Below are positions 1 through 9,698 of a stretch of 64,000 nucleotides of DNA, one piece after another. Position 1 is the stretch's first letter; the number at the start of each line of letters is the position of its first letter. Below the pieces are notes generated by a model. That model worked only from the letters and a program-made list of their open reading frames with translations. It ran no database searches and had not been told where the DNA came from. Both the position numbers and the translations under genes were made by a program. The stretch covers positions 896,001-960,000 of the forward strand of contig OZ240248.1 of the NCBI GenBank assembly GCA_965198235.1. Direction: 5' to 3'. The DNA comes from Candidatus Poribacteria bacterium (GTDB lineage Bacteria > Poribacteria > WGA-4E > WGA-3G).

Positions 1-2
1 CA

Positions 3-317
3 ATTGATGAGGCGATAGAACTCCATACTGTGGACTTCTATCTGTATCCGCACCCAAGTACGGAAGCGCGCCTAAAATATTTAAAAAAACACAAAAAAGA
101 GTTAGAAGCGAGCGGACAAACGGCTGAATTTGAATGGAAGTATACTGGGACAACACATGTTGATTACAGTCGCAGCGACGGTTACACCATCAAAACAGAG
201 ATTCGTCCTGATGGCAGCAAAACGATATACGATTCGCGTGTAAAAGGCAGTGTGATAGAGGTCCCGCCGCAAACAGAATCTCCCTATACAGATGACGCGA
301 GTGATGAAAAGCCTTGA
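3..317 (+). CDS. hypothetical protein, 3' part (begins before the window)
   Basis: Frame is open from position 3 (IDEAIELHTVDFYLYP...) to the stop at 317; no family recognised. Confidence 0.6.
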   Translation: MDEAIELHTVDFYLYPHPSTEARLKYLKKHKKELEASGQTAEFEWKYTGTTHVDYSRSDGYTIKTEIRPDGSKTIYDSRVKGSVIEVPPQTESPYTDDASDEKP

Positions 318-687
318 TATGACTTTACAAAATTCAGTTGAAATTTTCCCGGCGGAACCCTTATTATTAAGAGAAAAGGAGATACACATCGTAGACAGAA
401 TCACTTTCAATCCCGATCAATACGGTGGACGGCCCTGTATTCGCGGGATGCGGATCCGGGTAACGGATGTCTTGGATCTGCTCGCAAATGGACTCTCTTT
501 TCAAGAGATTCTTGATGAAATGCCGCTTTTAGAACATGAAGATATTGTTGTCTGTCTCCAATTCGCCTCAAAGAAAATAGACCATCCCATAAAAAAGGCG
601 GGCATGGAGCCCGCCTCTACAGTAGTCAAAACATCTTCAGCACCTTACCGATATGCCTTAAATCCAGCCTCTACACGCCGTTTGTGA
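292..687 (+). CDS. DUF433 family protein (putative antitoxin), probably degenerate
   Basis: DRITFNPDQYGGRPCIRGMRIRVTDVLDLLANGLSFQEILDEMPLLEHEDI is a DUF433 signature. SD AAGGAG (376-381) precedes ATC at 388 rather than ATG; the 3' end runs through a REP hairpin. Confidence 0.75.
   Translation: MTRVMKSLDMTLQNSVEIFPAEPLLLREKEIHIVDRITFNPDQYGGRPCIRGMRIRVTDVLDLLANGLSFQEILDEMPLLEHEDIVVCLQFASKKIDHPIKKAGMEPASTVVKTSSAPYRYALNPASTRRL
596..620 (-). repeat. GTAG-type REP-like hairpin
   Basis: Reverse strand reads GTAG-AGGCGGGC-tccat-GCCCGCCT. Confidence 0.7.
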
Positions 688-2636
688 TAAAGATTTAACA
701 CGCTCCCTTCAACGCGTGCAGTCGCCTGTCTGCCATCGCTGAAAGTTACCTGGAATTGTGTATTGGAGTCCTGTGAGATCGCCTCAGTCTTCGGTAACGG
801 AATGTCCTTCTGCTCCGTCCACTCTTGAATCAGTTTCGTGAGGGAGTCAGCGTCACTCGGTGCGGATTTCGCGTCTTTTAACTCAATGCTGAACGCCGGC
901 ACGTTCTTCTTGACGTAGTTAAACCAACGCGCCGTCCGTAGGAACGGCACGAGAGCCTGCAATGCTTCAGCAGTACCAACCCGACTCAATGCCTCCGATG
1001 AGAATCCACGCACATACGCCGACTCGCTCATCAATGCCTCTCGTAACGCAGGTATAGCCTCTGTTGCATCCGGTCCAATACGAGTCAATGCCTGCGCCGC
1101 AAAGAACGCTAAATCCGTGTCTTCACGATCTGTCAGAACTTCTACCAACGCGGGGACCGTCTTCGACACTGGCACTTTAATCATACCCAACGCTGAGGTT
1201 GCATGCCGTCGCACCTCTTCCGATTCATCCCTTAATAACGCAATAAGCCCATCAACTGCCTCCGCCGCGATCGGACCCATCTCGCCCAATGTATACGCCG
1301 CCGAAGCACGCACGTTCTCGCGTTCGTCCTGCAAAGCCGTTATGAGTGCAGGCACAGCCGACGCACCCGTTGCTGCGAGTCCGTGTGCTGCATCACAGAT
1401 ATGGAGAATCGGTTCCATATCAAACGCCTCTTTTTCCGAATCAAGCGCGCCAACGAGGGGTTTAACAGCGGGTTCCCCAATCGCACCGAGTGCATAGATA
1501 GCGTTTCGACGGACCGGTTCATAACTATCTTCAAGGGCATCTACAAGTGCTGAAACAGCCTCTGCACCATCCGTGCGCATAAAACCTAATTCGTTCGCCG
1601 CTTTCATACGCTCGTGCGGATTGTCTTTTTTCAACGCAGCAATCGCTGATGCTACATCCACCGTGGTATCTGGACGGTCAGTTTCATATAGATCGGTCTT
1701 GCCATACATCCAATTCCAGATATACGTCCAGAGGATCTCCGCATCGTAAGGAACGTGATTGACTCCAGGCGGTTGCCATATAGAGGTCTCACTGTTCCAC
1801 GAAGGCGTTGCCGGCTGCTCGGTACGCATAAAGACGAATTTCATACCGTAGCGATTCAGAGGAACATAATTCTGTAGGAACGAATGCACCATATCGAAGT
1901 GCATAATCCACACCGTGCCGAGTTCACCGGACATCGGGACCAGATTACGATTCAGGAAACTCTCAGAAAGTAGTCGCGTCCCGTTTCCACCCTCCGCATG
2001 TATCTCGTGCCGCTGGCGTTCACCATCCAGCATAAATTCTCGGATGTATTGCGTCCCGGGAATGATACAGGTTGGTCCCTGCTCGGCGAGGCAAGGTTGC
2101 GGATAATAGAAAAGAATCGCCCAGCGAGGCGTTCGATGCCGTGGTCGCTTCCCACCGGCGTGTCCATCTTTGTGAAACGGCATCATCAACCGCTCTTCGC
2201 CATCGTCCTTCCCGCTCGGTGTGCTTCCCGAACTTTTAACAGCAAGTTTTGGCTTGCAAGCTGCGCCAAAATTGGGATGGCAATGCCGATGTGGGTGCAT
2301 GACATATCCGTTCCCCAAAATACTGGTGAGCGCACCGCGCACCTCTGGAGATTCCAAGACTACCTGAAGCTCGGGCACTAACGGTAAAATGTTATTGAGC
2401 GGGTTGTGTTGCCTATCACCTCGGAAATCCATCGCTCCAGCAAAGAGTTCATCCGTTTTGTCGTAGATAGTTTCGTGGACGTGCATCGACACGTCAGCGG
2501 TGACGTTGACATACCCATTCACAATAAAATGACGAATCTGTTCATCGTTTAGAAGCTGCTGATTTTTAATTTTTCCTTGCGGTTCGGTCAGCTGGATTTC
2601 GCTTATCAAGAGCCTTCCCGTATATCCGCCCTCCAC
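645..2636 (-). CDS. PhyH-like 2OG-Fe(II) dioxygenase fused to HEAT/PBS-lyase repeats
   Basis: N-terminal 'LLNDEQIRHFIVNGYV', HxD (FHKDG), GPTCIIPGT and distal His (HFDMVH); C-terminal HEAT repeats (VRRNAIYALG, VRASAAYTLG, VRRHATSALG). Start uncertain because it lies in a repeat element. Confidence 0.85.
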   Translation of the reverse strand: MEGGYTGRLLISEIQLTEPQGKIKNQQLLNDEQIRHFIVNGYVNVTADVSMHVHETIYDKTDELFAGAMDFRGDRQHNPLNNILPLVPELQVVLESPEVRGALTSILGNGYVMHPHRHCHPNFGAACKPKLAVKSSGSTPSGKDDGEERLMMPFHKDGHAGGKRPRHRTPRWAILFYYPQPCLAEQGPTCIIPGTQYIREFMLDGERQRHEIHAEGGNGTRLLSESFLNRNLVPMSGELGTVWIMHFDMVHSFLQNYVPLNRYGMKFVFMRTEQPATPSWNSETSIWQPPGVNHVPYDAEILWTYIWNWMYGKTDLYETDRPDTTVDVASAIAALKKDNPHERMKAANELGFMRTDGAEAVSALVDALEDSYEPVRRNAIYALGAIGEPAVKPLVGALDSEKEAFDMEPILHICDAAHGLAATGASAVPALITALQDERENVRASAAYTLGEMGPIAAEAVDGLIALLRDESEEVRRHATSALGMIKVPVSKTVPALVEVLTDREDTDLAFFAAQALTRIGPDATEAIPALREALMSESAYVRGFSSEALSRVGTAEALQALVPFLRTARWFNYVKKNVPAFSIELKDAKSAPSDADSLTKLIQEWTEQKDIPLPKTEAISQDSNTQFQVTFSDGRQATARVEGSVLNLYHKRRVEAGFKAYR

Positions 2637-2652
2637 TTTGTTACGGGCTGCG
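2562..2652 (-). repeat. ~90-nt dispersed element, copy 1 (capped hairpin ... CCGCAAGGAAAAATT)
   Basis: Aligns end to end with 36701-36793 and, more loosely, with 51925-52014. Confidence 0.8.
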
Positions 2653-2766
2653 TATCAAGAACTTGCGCGTAATGAAATTAGGTTTCCTTAAATGGCATAA
2701 TTTTGCTTCGCAGTGAGAATGCTTTACATTTGGAGCGCAGTCAGATGCCCATAAATTAAAAACTTT

Positions 2767-3732
2767 TTAATACCATGCCGCCTTATTGACGACGTTCTGC
2801 AATGGCGCGCCTTCGGCGAACCGACGCGCGTTTTCCAAAAGAATCTCAAACCGCCGTGCCGGAAGGTTCTCCGCATCCTTCACAGCGATGTGTGGCGTTA
2901 TTAACACATTGGGCAGATGCCACAACCGACTTTCAGGAGGCAAAGGCTCAATTTCAAACACATCCAAGCCACATCCTGCAATGCTGCCCTGCTCAAGTGC
3001 CTCAACGAGATCGGCGAGTTTCGTCGTCTTACCGCGTCCGATGTTAATGAAGTAAGCCGTCCGTTTCATCAGGTCGAAGCGGTCTTTGTGCCACATTCCC
3101 TCGGTTTCAGGTGTGTGTGGTGTCGTGGTTATTACAAAATCGGCGAGTGGAAGGAGCGTGTCGAGTTCTGCAGAGTCATGTTTCTCTATAAAAGGCACCT
3201 CATATTCCCACCTCGGATCGACTCCGATCACTCTCATTCCGAATTCGTGGCAGAGTCGCGCGGTTTCATGCCCGATACCACCAACACCGACGATTAACAC
3301 CGTTGCTTGCGCGAGGTCAATGTATCCATTTTTGCGTGCATCTTTATCCCAAACACCTTCATGTTGTGCATCCATATAGTAAGGTAGCCCACGAGAAAGC
3401 GCAAGCACGAACATCATGATATGCTGCGAAATATGGTCGTTGTAAATACCGCGTGGGTTACAGGCAACGACGGGATGCTCGATCAACGCCGGATAATAAT
3501 AGCCCGGGAAGGGACCCGCAGCGGGGTTCTGTAGCCATCGTAGATTTTTCACCAACGGCAGCTGTTCCGGCGACACCCAACCGTAGACAGCATCGGCATC
3601 GGGAAGGTGTTTCTCTACTGCCTCGTCTGTCTCTGGTAAAACGACGGTGTATGTGGGCAATTCGTTTTGGAGGCGTTCAGCCCATTCGCGTAATTCCGCG
3701 TCCTGTGGCGGCATGATTATGAGTTTTGGCAC
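2767..3732 (-). CDS. D-2-hydroxyacid dehydrogenase, NAD-binding
   Basis: GVGGIG Rossmann motif, FINIGRG, LDVFEIEPL, ITPHIA. Confidence 0.92.
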   Translation of the reverse strand: MPKLIIMPPQDAELREWAERLQNELPTYTVVLPETDEAVEKHLPDADAVYGWVSPEQLPLVKNLRWLQNPAAGPFPGYYYPALIEHPVVACNPRGIYNDHISQHIMMFVLALSRGLPYYMDAQHEGVWDKDARKNGYIDLAQATVLIVGVGGIGHETARLCHEFGMRVIGVDPRWEYEVPFIEKHDSAELDTLLPLADFVITTTPHTPETEGMWHKDRFDLMKRTAYFINIGRGKTTKLADLVEALEQGSIAGCGLDVFEIEPLPPESRLWHLPNVLITPHIAVKDAENLPARRFEILLENARRFAEGAPLQNVVNKAAWY

Positions 3733-3821
3733 GGGTTTTGTTCCTCTCTGTAGTTTTTATGTCTAAGATACAACCATTTTAGCACAGTCGCCTCAGAAAA
3801 TCAAGACTTATAAAAAAACGC

Positions 3822-3849
3822 TTGAATGTCTACGAGATTTCAATATAAT
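3822..3849 (+). promoter_or_regulatory. sigma70-like promoter
   Basis: TTGAAT-16nt-TATAAT upstream of the helicase gene. Confidence 0.5.
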
Positions 3850-3902
3850 AGAGGTATTAGTAACTTATAGAAAACTCTAATTTGAAGTGTTGAGAAAACA
3901 TT

Positions 3903-5309
3903 ATGTCCTCGCCACTTAAAATCAACTTTGACAAAGGCACTCTCATCCTACAGAATGTCCCAGAGACACTCCAAACACGATTGCCAGACATCCGATGGGA
4001 TGAACGTACCCTCACCTTCCGCGCACCCGCCTACCGCTACCGGCATATCGTTTCGCAGCTGCGCGCACACGACATCGCGTATCAGGACACAGCGCGGCAG
4101 TTTACAGTCGAATCCTTCACACATCAAAAAACGATGTCACCCTACCCCTACCAGACCGAAGCAATAGACGCCTGGCACGCCAACGGCAAACGCGGCGTAG
4201 TGAGCCTCCCCACGGGTGCTGGTAAAACCTTTATCGCGATCCTGCTCATTGCGGACACGCAGCGTCCCACACTCGTACATGTGCCGACAATCGACTTAAT
4301 GCAGCAATGGTATACTGTGCTGAAAGAACATTTTGGACAAGAGGTAGGACTTTATGGCGGCGGCTATCACGAACTGAAAGATCTCACTGTGACGACGTAT
4401 CAATCCGCCGTTATGCATGCGCCATACTACGGAAATCGGTTCGGCTTCGCCATTTTCGACGAATGCCACCACCTACCGAGTGATCAGTACCAGTATGCGG
4501 CAATCAGCAGCATCGCCCCTTTTCGATTGGGATTGACAGCCACACCCGAACGCGTTGATGGAAAAGAAAACCGACTCTATGAACTCGTCGGTGAACGCTG
4601 TTATGAGGTGAAGGTACAAGAACTTTCTGGAAAAACGCTCTCTGAGTACCGGGTTGTCACCATTGCAGTTGAGATGGAAGATACGGAGCGGGTTCGGTAC
4701 GAAGAAGCCCGCCGCACCTATTTAAACTTCCTCAAACAGGAACGCATTAATATGGGGACACCGCGCGGCTGGCATACTTTCCTCTGGAAAGCCTCTCGAA
4801 CAGACGAAGGACGTGTCGCTTTTAAAGCGTATCTCGCCCAGAAGCAGCTCAGTTTTGCGTCAACTACAAAACAGGAATGGGTATGGAAACTTATTCAGAG
4901 GCACAGCGGCGATCGCATCCTCATCTTTACACAGGATAACGATACAGCGTATCAACTCGGCACGCGTTTTTTCCTGCCGGTGCTAACGCATCAGACGAAA
5001 CTCAAGGAGCGGAATGACTTTTTGAACAAGTTCCGCGACGGCACCTATTCCATCCTCGTTACTTCTAAAGTCCTAAACGAAGGCATAGATGTCCCTGAAG
5101 CGAATGTTGGCATCATCGTCTCTGGAAGTGGGAGCGTCCGGGAACATGTTCAACGATTAGGACGCATCCTCCGCAAGCGGGAAGGCAAACAAGCAGTGCT
5201 TTACGAACTCATCTCCAAACAGACGGGCGAACACTATGTCAATAAGCGGCGCAGACAACACCACGCATATGAAAAAAGTAATAGTACTTCATCGACTTTC
5301 AAATTATAA
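3903..5309 (+). CDS. XPB/Rad25(SSL2)-like SF2 helicase
   Basis: LPTGAGKT, DECH, GLTAT, LNEGIDVP, QRLGRILR; followed by a DUF790 gene. Confidence 0.9.
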   Translation: MSSPLKINFDKGTLILQNVPETLQTRLPDIRWDERTLTFRAPAYRYRHIVSQLRAHDIAYQDTARQFTVESFTHQKTMSPYPYQTEAIDAWHANGKRGVVSLPTGAGKTFIAILLIADTQRPTLVHVPTIDLMQQWYTVLKEHFGQEVGLYGGGYHELKDLTVTTYQSAVMHAPYYGNRFGFAIFDECHHLPSDQYQYAAISSIAPFRLGLTATPERVDGKENRLYELVGERCYEVKVQELSGKTLSEYRVVTIAVEMEDTERVRYEEARRTYLNFLKQERINMGTPRGWHTFLWKASRTDEGRVAFKAYLAQKQLSFASTTKQEWVWKLIQRHSGDRILIFTQDNDTAYQLGTRFFLPVLTHQTKLKERNDFLNKFRDGTYSILVTSKVLNEGIDVPEANVGIIVSGSGSVREHVQRLGRILRKREGKQAVLYELISKQTGEHYVNKRRRQHHAYEKSNSTSSTFKL

Positions 5310-5432
5310 GGGTCTGCTTTGGTTTGTAGTAGGGCAATTCATTGCCCGTTGTTGATCTGTTCTCACTGCGAAGCAGTGCGATAAATCGCACGACTACGAA
5401 CTCACCCTAAAATTCAAAATGGATAGAACAAT
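5282..5432. mobile_element. MITE/REPIN-like element with an inverted REP doublet
   Basis: GTAGTAGGGCAAT-tc-ATTGCCC (5326-5347) and GTGCGAT-aa-ATCGCAC-GACTAC (5376-5397), flanked by imperfect AT-rich inverted repeats. Confidence 0.6.
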
Positions 5433-5466
5433 AGGCACACACCGTATGCCGTAAAATCAGAATACT

Positions 5467-6732
5467 ATGCTCACCAAAGACCTGCTCCAGTATAAAACTA
5501 AGAACGGGCTAATTTCACCACAGTTTGTGAATCCAGCGGATAATCAGTTATTGGCAATTGCCGAGCAATTAATTGCCGTTTTTGAAGAATCACCAGATAA
5601 GCCACGGGCGACGCTCTTAGAGACCAGCAAGCACATTATTGATAGTACACCGGGAGCACCCATCATCAAGCGTGGACTCGAAAAACTCCTGTTAGATCGG
5701 ACAGAGTTCGATACTACCCCCAACGAAGAACTAATCGCATTTCGACAAAAACTCTTCACGGACACGAGTCGCCTGCTTTCACAAGAACAGTTTGAGAATT
5801 ACGCGGATTATGCGCAAGCCGCGTGTGGGCTTGCGGGACAATGTAAAATGTTAGGGACGGTGGAATCGGAACCGCGACCGGAGGTTGCTCCCACAGAAGG
5901 GGAAGACCTGGCTGCCAAACTCTACGCAGATTTGCCGAGTTGTCAACCGGTTTTGGCATTCAAGACGCTTTCTGCTGAACGCTTGCTCCACCGTTATAAC
6001 ACTGCCCAGGTCCAAGGGCTCCTTCTCCATAGCAATAGTCTCACGCTAAAGCTCGCTGACTCCATGACAGCCGAACTCCGTCAACTGTTCAAGTATCTCA
6101 GATTCAACCAACTCCTCTCCACAATTCGGAAAGAAGAAGAACTCTATCAAATTACGGTGGATGGACCCCTCAATCTCTTTTACAAAACAAAACGGTACGG
6201 CATGAACTTGGCGAATTTCTTCGTTGCGGTGCTGCATCAACCCAAATGGGAACTCACTGCGGAGATCCAGTTCCGGAATAAACAGTATTATCGGTTATCT
6301 CTCAATGAATCGTGCGGGATTAAACCGATTGCACAACAGTTTCTCGCCTATATCCCTGAAGACATCCAACTCTTCCAGACAATGCTTCGCAACAAAACCG
6401 ATGACTGGCAGATCCGTCCGGGAAGTCAGTTCACCCCTTTACCGGGGGATCTCTACTGCTTTCCAGACTATCAACTCGTTCACAAAAGCGGTGTAGAAAC
6501 CGGCATTGAGTTATTTCATCCGTGGCATCAAGGACATCTCATCGCACGACTCAACACGCTCGCTGAACAGAAGGACGTGTTCCTTATCCTCGGAGTCTCA
6601 AAGGAGTTGGAAAAACAGCCGCTCATCGCGGAGGCACTCGCGACATCGGCTTATTTCTCACAGTTCGGTTTTATATTCCGAGATGTCCCAACCATACGCA
6701 CCTTGCTCCCAATCCTGAACTCACTTGTGTAG
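5467..6732 (+). CDS. DUF790 family protein (Bax1-like endonuclease)
   Basis: MLTKDLL start, LYADLP, LLHRYNTAQVQGLL, DGPLNLF...YG, CFPDY...GIELFHPW; adjacent to the XPB-like helicase. Confidence 0.85.
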   Translation: MLTKDLLQYKTKNGLISPQFVNPADNQLLAIAEQLIAVFEESPDKPRATLLETSKHIIDSTPGAPIIKRGLEKLLLDRTEFDTTPNEELIAFRQKLFTDTSRLLSQEQFENYADYAQAACGLAGQCKMLGTVESEPRPEVAPTEGEDLAAKLYADLPSCQPVLAFKTLSAERLLHRYNTAQVQGLLLHSNSLTLKLADSMTAELRQLFKYLRFNQLLSTIRKEEELYQITVDGPLNLFYKTKRYGMNLANFFVAVLHQPKWELTAEIQFRNKQYYRLSLNESCGIKPIAQQFLAYIPEDIQLFQTMLRNKTDDWQIRPGSQFTPLPGDLYCFPDYQLVHKSGVETGIELFHPWHQGHLIARLNTLAEQKDVFLILGVSKELEKQPLIAEALATSAYFSQFGFIFRDVPTIRTLLPILNSLV

Positions 6733-6851
6733 CCTAACAAGGCATATTGCCTCAAAAAAAGTGACATTCTATCACTTTTGTGGTATCCTTAACGGCAGAA
6801 ACCCCTAAATCCTTAGCACCCAAAACTCTCCTCAAAAAGAAGAATGCCATT

Positions 6852-8108
6852 ATGAACACCGCAAAATTAAATCCTAACCTAATCGCAGCACCGCAAGAGG
6901 TGGGACTCTCAGCGAAACGGCTTGCATGTATCTCCACTACTTTGCAAAAGTTTATTGACAAAGAGCGACTCGCGGGTGCGGTCACGGTTGTGGCACGGCG
7001 CGGGAAAGTGGCACACTTCGAGGCATCCGGCATGATGGATGTTGAAGCGAATAAGCCGATGCAAAAAGATACTATCTTCCGTATCTATTCAATGACTAAG
7101 CCGATCGCCGCCGCTGCAGTAATGATGCTTTGTGAGGACGGAAAACTGCAGCTGGATGCCCCAGCTTCGGTGTACCTACCCGAATTGGGTGAATTGAAAG
7201 TAGCAGTGGATGCAGATCGAGAATCACTCACGTTGGTTGAAACAGATCGGGACATGACCGTCCGCGACCTGATGCGACACACCGCTGGATTGCCCGGTGC
7301 CGCCCGATACATGGCAGGGCAAACCGCAGTCGACAAATGCTACCGCGAGGCGGGTCTACACTGTCTGCATGAGTGCAATCTACAGGAAATGGTTGAGAAG
7401 CTTGGTAAGATTCCATTGTTGTACCCGCCAGGAACAAAATGGCACTATAGTATCGCTGCAGATGTCTTAGGTAGATTGATTGAAGTGGCTTCCGGTCAGT
7501 CCTTTGGCGGGTTCTTAGTCGAGCATATCTTCCAACCGTTAGGCATGCATGATACCGGTTTTTATGTGCCGGAGGAGAAAATAGACCGCTTCGCGAGTAT
7601 GTACGGTCCAAAACCCGAAGGAGGTCTGCAAACCATTGATGCCCCGGAGGGCGGAACGGGTCATGTATCCAAAACCAGTTTTATACAGAAACCGAAATTC
7701 CTATCTGCCGGTGGTGGTTTGGTCTCTACCGCTGCTGATTTTGCTCGCTTTTGTCTGATGCTCTCAGGCAAAGGTGTACTTGAGGGTAAACGGCTGATGA
7801 AATCGGAATCTGTCGAATTGATGACGCGCAACCATTTACCAGAGCATTTGATACCGCTCGATAAAAAACCGGATGAACGTTATGCCGGACTCGGTTTCGG
7901 ACTTGGTGTCTCGGTTCGTGTCGAACAAACGGACTGGGTACCTGCCTCCCAAGCCGGTGAATATGGCTGGATCGGCGGGGCAAGCACCGAATTTTGGATC
8001 TCACCACGAGATGAATTGGTGGCGATTACCCTCGCACAGCATATCCCTTTTTCCCAACTGAGCGAGAGGGTTAAACCACTCGTCTACGCAGCAATCTCGA
8101 AGGAATAA
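6852..8108 (+). CDS. serine hydrolase, beta-lactamase class C-like family
   Basis: IFRIYSMTK (SxxK), LMRHTAG, WHYS, GGGLVST, YGWIG. Confidence 0.9.
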   Translation: MNTAKLNPNLIAAPQEVGLSAKRLACISTTLQKFIDKERLAGAVTVVARRGKVAHFEASGMMDVEANKPMQKDTIFRIYSMTKPIAAAAVMMLCEDGKLQLDAPASVYLPELGELKVAVDADRESLTLVETDRDMTVRDLMRHTAGLPGAARYMAGQTAVDKCYREAGLHCLHECNLQEMVEKLGKIPLLYPPGTKWHYSIAADVLGRLIEVASGQSFGGFLVEHIFQPLGMHDTGFYVPEEKIDRFASMYGPKPEGGLQTIDAPEGGTGHVSKTSFIQKPKFLSAGGGLVSTAADFARFCLMLSGKGVLEGKRLMKSESVELMTRNHLPEHLIPLDKKPDERYAGLGFGLGVSVRVEQTDWVPASQAGEYGWIGGASTEFWISPRDELVAITLAQHIPFSQLSERVKPLVYAAISKE

Positions 8109-8153
8109 TTTTCGGCTAAAATGAAACGCTTGAAGTGTCCTGGAAACCTCTTT

Positions 8154-8188
8154 AACCGATAACTGAGAACTGATAACCGATAACTACC
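8154..8188. repeat. heptamer tandem repeat (TAAC[C/T]GA-like)
   Basis: taaccga taactga gaactga taaccga taactac. Confidence 0.7.
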
Positions 8189-8191
8189 AAC

Positions 8192-9649
8192 ATGATTATC
8201 AAAAATAACCTTGAACACGTTAGCACCGATCAGATAGTGCTGTTCCCTTTTGACGACTATAGCATTCCGTTTCAACACGGTGTCCGTTTACAACTTGTGC
8301 CTTACAGAGCCGGGGTCGATCGGACCCGAATTGTGGTGTCTCCCGGTCCGCCTGGCGCGCCAGACAGTGCCTGCGTCATCTACTACGGGTCTGTCCATCG
8401 CGTCGGTGATGAACTCTGGATGTGGTATCTTGGACACGGAGACGACAATAGTTGGCACCAAAGGGTGTGTTTCGCAAAAAGTCGTGATGGATACAACTGG
8501 GAGAAACCGGAACTCGGACTGGTAGAACATAACGGTTCCACCCGAAACAATCTCGTCGATATCCAAGGTGGAGAATATCATATTCAGGCGTGTGTAGTGT
8601 ATTATGAGCCAGACGACCCTGATCCGGCGCGTCGGTTCAAAGCCATTATTGAAACGTCCAAATATTCTCCAAAATTCGCAGTCATGTTCAGCGAAGACGG
8701 ACTTCAATGGCACGAAGCTGAACGGCACCCAAATCCACCATCCTGCGAAATGTCCGGTGTTACGAAATTCAACGGATGCTATTACTTGAGCGCGCACGGT
8801 GGCAGTCACATCGGTCCTACACGACAGATGGTGATGTATGCATCCTACGATTTTGAACATTGGATCGAAGCGTCGTGCTTGGGATTCAGGCGGGGTAACA
8901 TCCCACCAAGACCCGTGACATACGGGGCACACCAAGGGGAACAGGTCCATCTTGGTGCGGCATTATGGAATCGCGGGAATGTGATTCTCGGCTTCTATGG
9001 ACAGTGGCACGGACCGGAAAATAATGACCGTCGGCACGTGATGATGGATCTCGGCTTGGTCGTCAGTAACGACGCACTCCATTATCGTGAACCGATTCCG
9101 GATTTTCAGATGGTAGAAGCGGCGGAAGACGACTTTGAACATCTGCCAACACCGATGAATTTCAAACACGCTGCCCTTATGCAGGGGCAAGGCTTTGAGA
9201 ACGTCGGCGATGAGACACTTTTCTGGTATGCCCCCTGGCCAGAGCAGCTGAGTAACGGGGTTCGGATCGCAACGTGGAAACGCGATCGACTCGGCTACTT
9301 CCAAGCAGTGGACATGAGTCGGAAAACAGAACAGCCCCGTCACGTGATTTCGGCACCCATTGACCTTGAAGGACAGCCTGGCACAGTAGCACTGAATGTT
9401 GACGGTTTGTCGGCGTATAGCCACGTTACACTTGACATCTTAGACGAGCGTTTTCAACCAATCGAAGGGTATACCAGAGAAGACTGCCTTCCTCTCACGT
9501 CAGGGTTTCATCAGACAGTGGCGTGGAAAAACGGGGAACGGATTGACAGGAAAGGCGGCGCAATCCGAATCAGGCTTAATTACACCGGAATCCGTCCAGA
9601 AGACCCGAAAGTCTACGCCATTTACGTCGAAAAAATACGGATACCTTGA
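8192..9649 (+). CDS. beta-propeller glycoside-hydrolase-like hypothetical protein
   Basis: Asp-box-like SRDGYNW, SEDGLQW, SYDFEHW; WMWYLG; C-terminal beta-sandwich (IRIRLNY...VYAIY). Confidence 0.65.
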   Translation: MIIKNNLEHVSTDQIVLFPFDDYSIPFQHGVRLQLVPYRAGVDRTRIVVSPGPPGAPDSACVIYYGSVHRVGDELWMWYLGHGDDNSWHQRVCFAKSRDGYNWEKPELGLVEHNGSTRNNLVDIQGGEYHIQACVVYYEPDDPDPARRFKAIIETSKYSPKFAVMFSEDGLQWHEAERHPNPPSCEMSGVTKFNGCYYLSAHGGSHIGPTRQMVMYASYDFEHWIEASCLGFRRGNIPPRPVTYGAHQGEQVHLGAALWNRGNVILGFYGQWHGPENNDRRHVMMDLGLVVSNDALHYREPIPDFQMVEAAEDDFEHLPTPMNFKHAALMQGQGFENVGDETLFWYAPWPEQLSNGVRIATWKRDRLGYFQAVDMSRKTEQPRHVISAPIDLEGQPGTVALNVDGLSAYSHVTLDILDERFQPIEGYTREDCLPLTSGFHQTVAWKNGERIDRKGGAIRIRLNYTGIRPEDPKVYAIYVEKIRIP

Positions 9650-9698
9650 TTCCAATCCTATCTTCTGCTAATATTTAACGGAGAGACGGAGGAAAATT

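Noticed and set aside
2693-2707. TGGCATAATTTTGCT as a sigma54 promoter
   Set aside because: GG-to-GC spacing is 9 rather than 10, and it points against the flanking genes.
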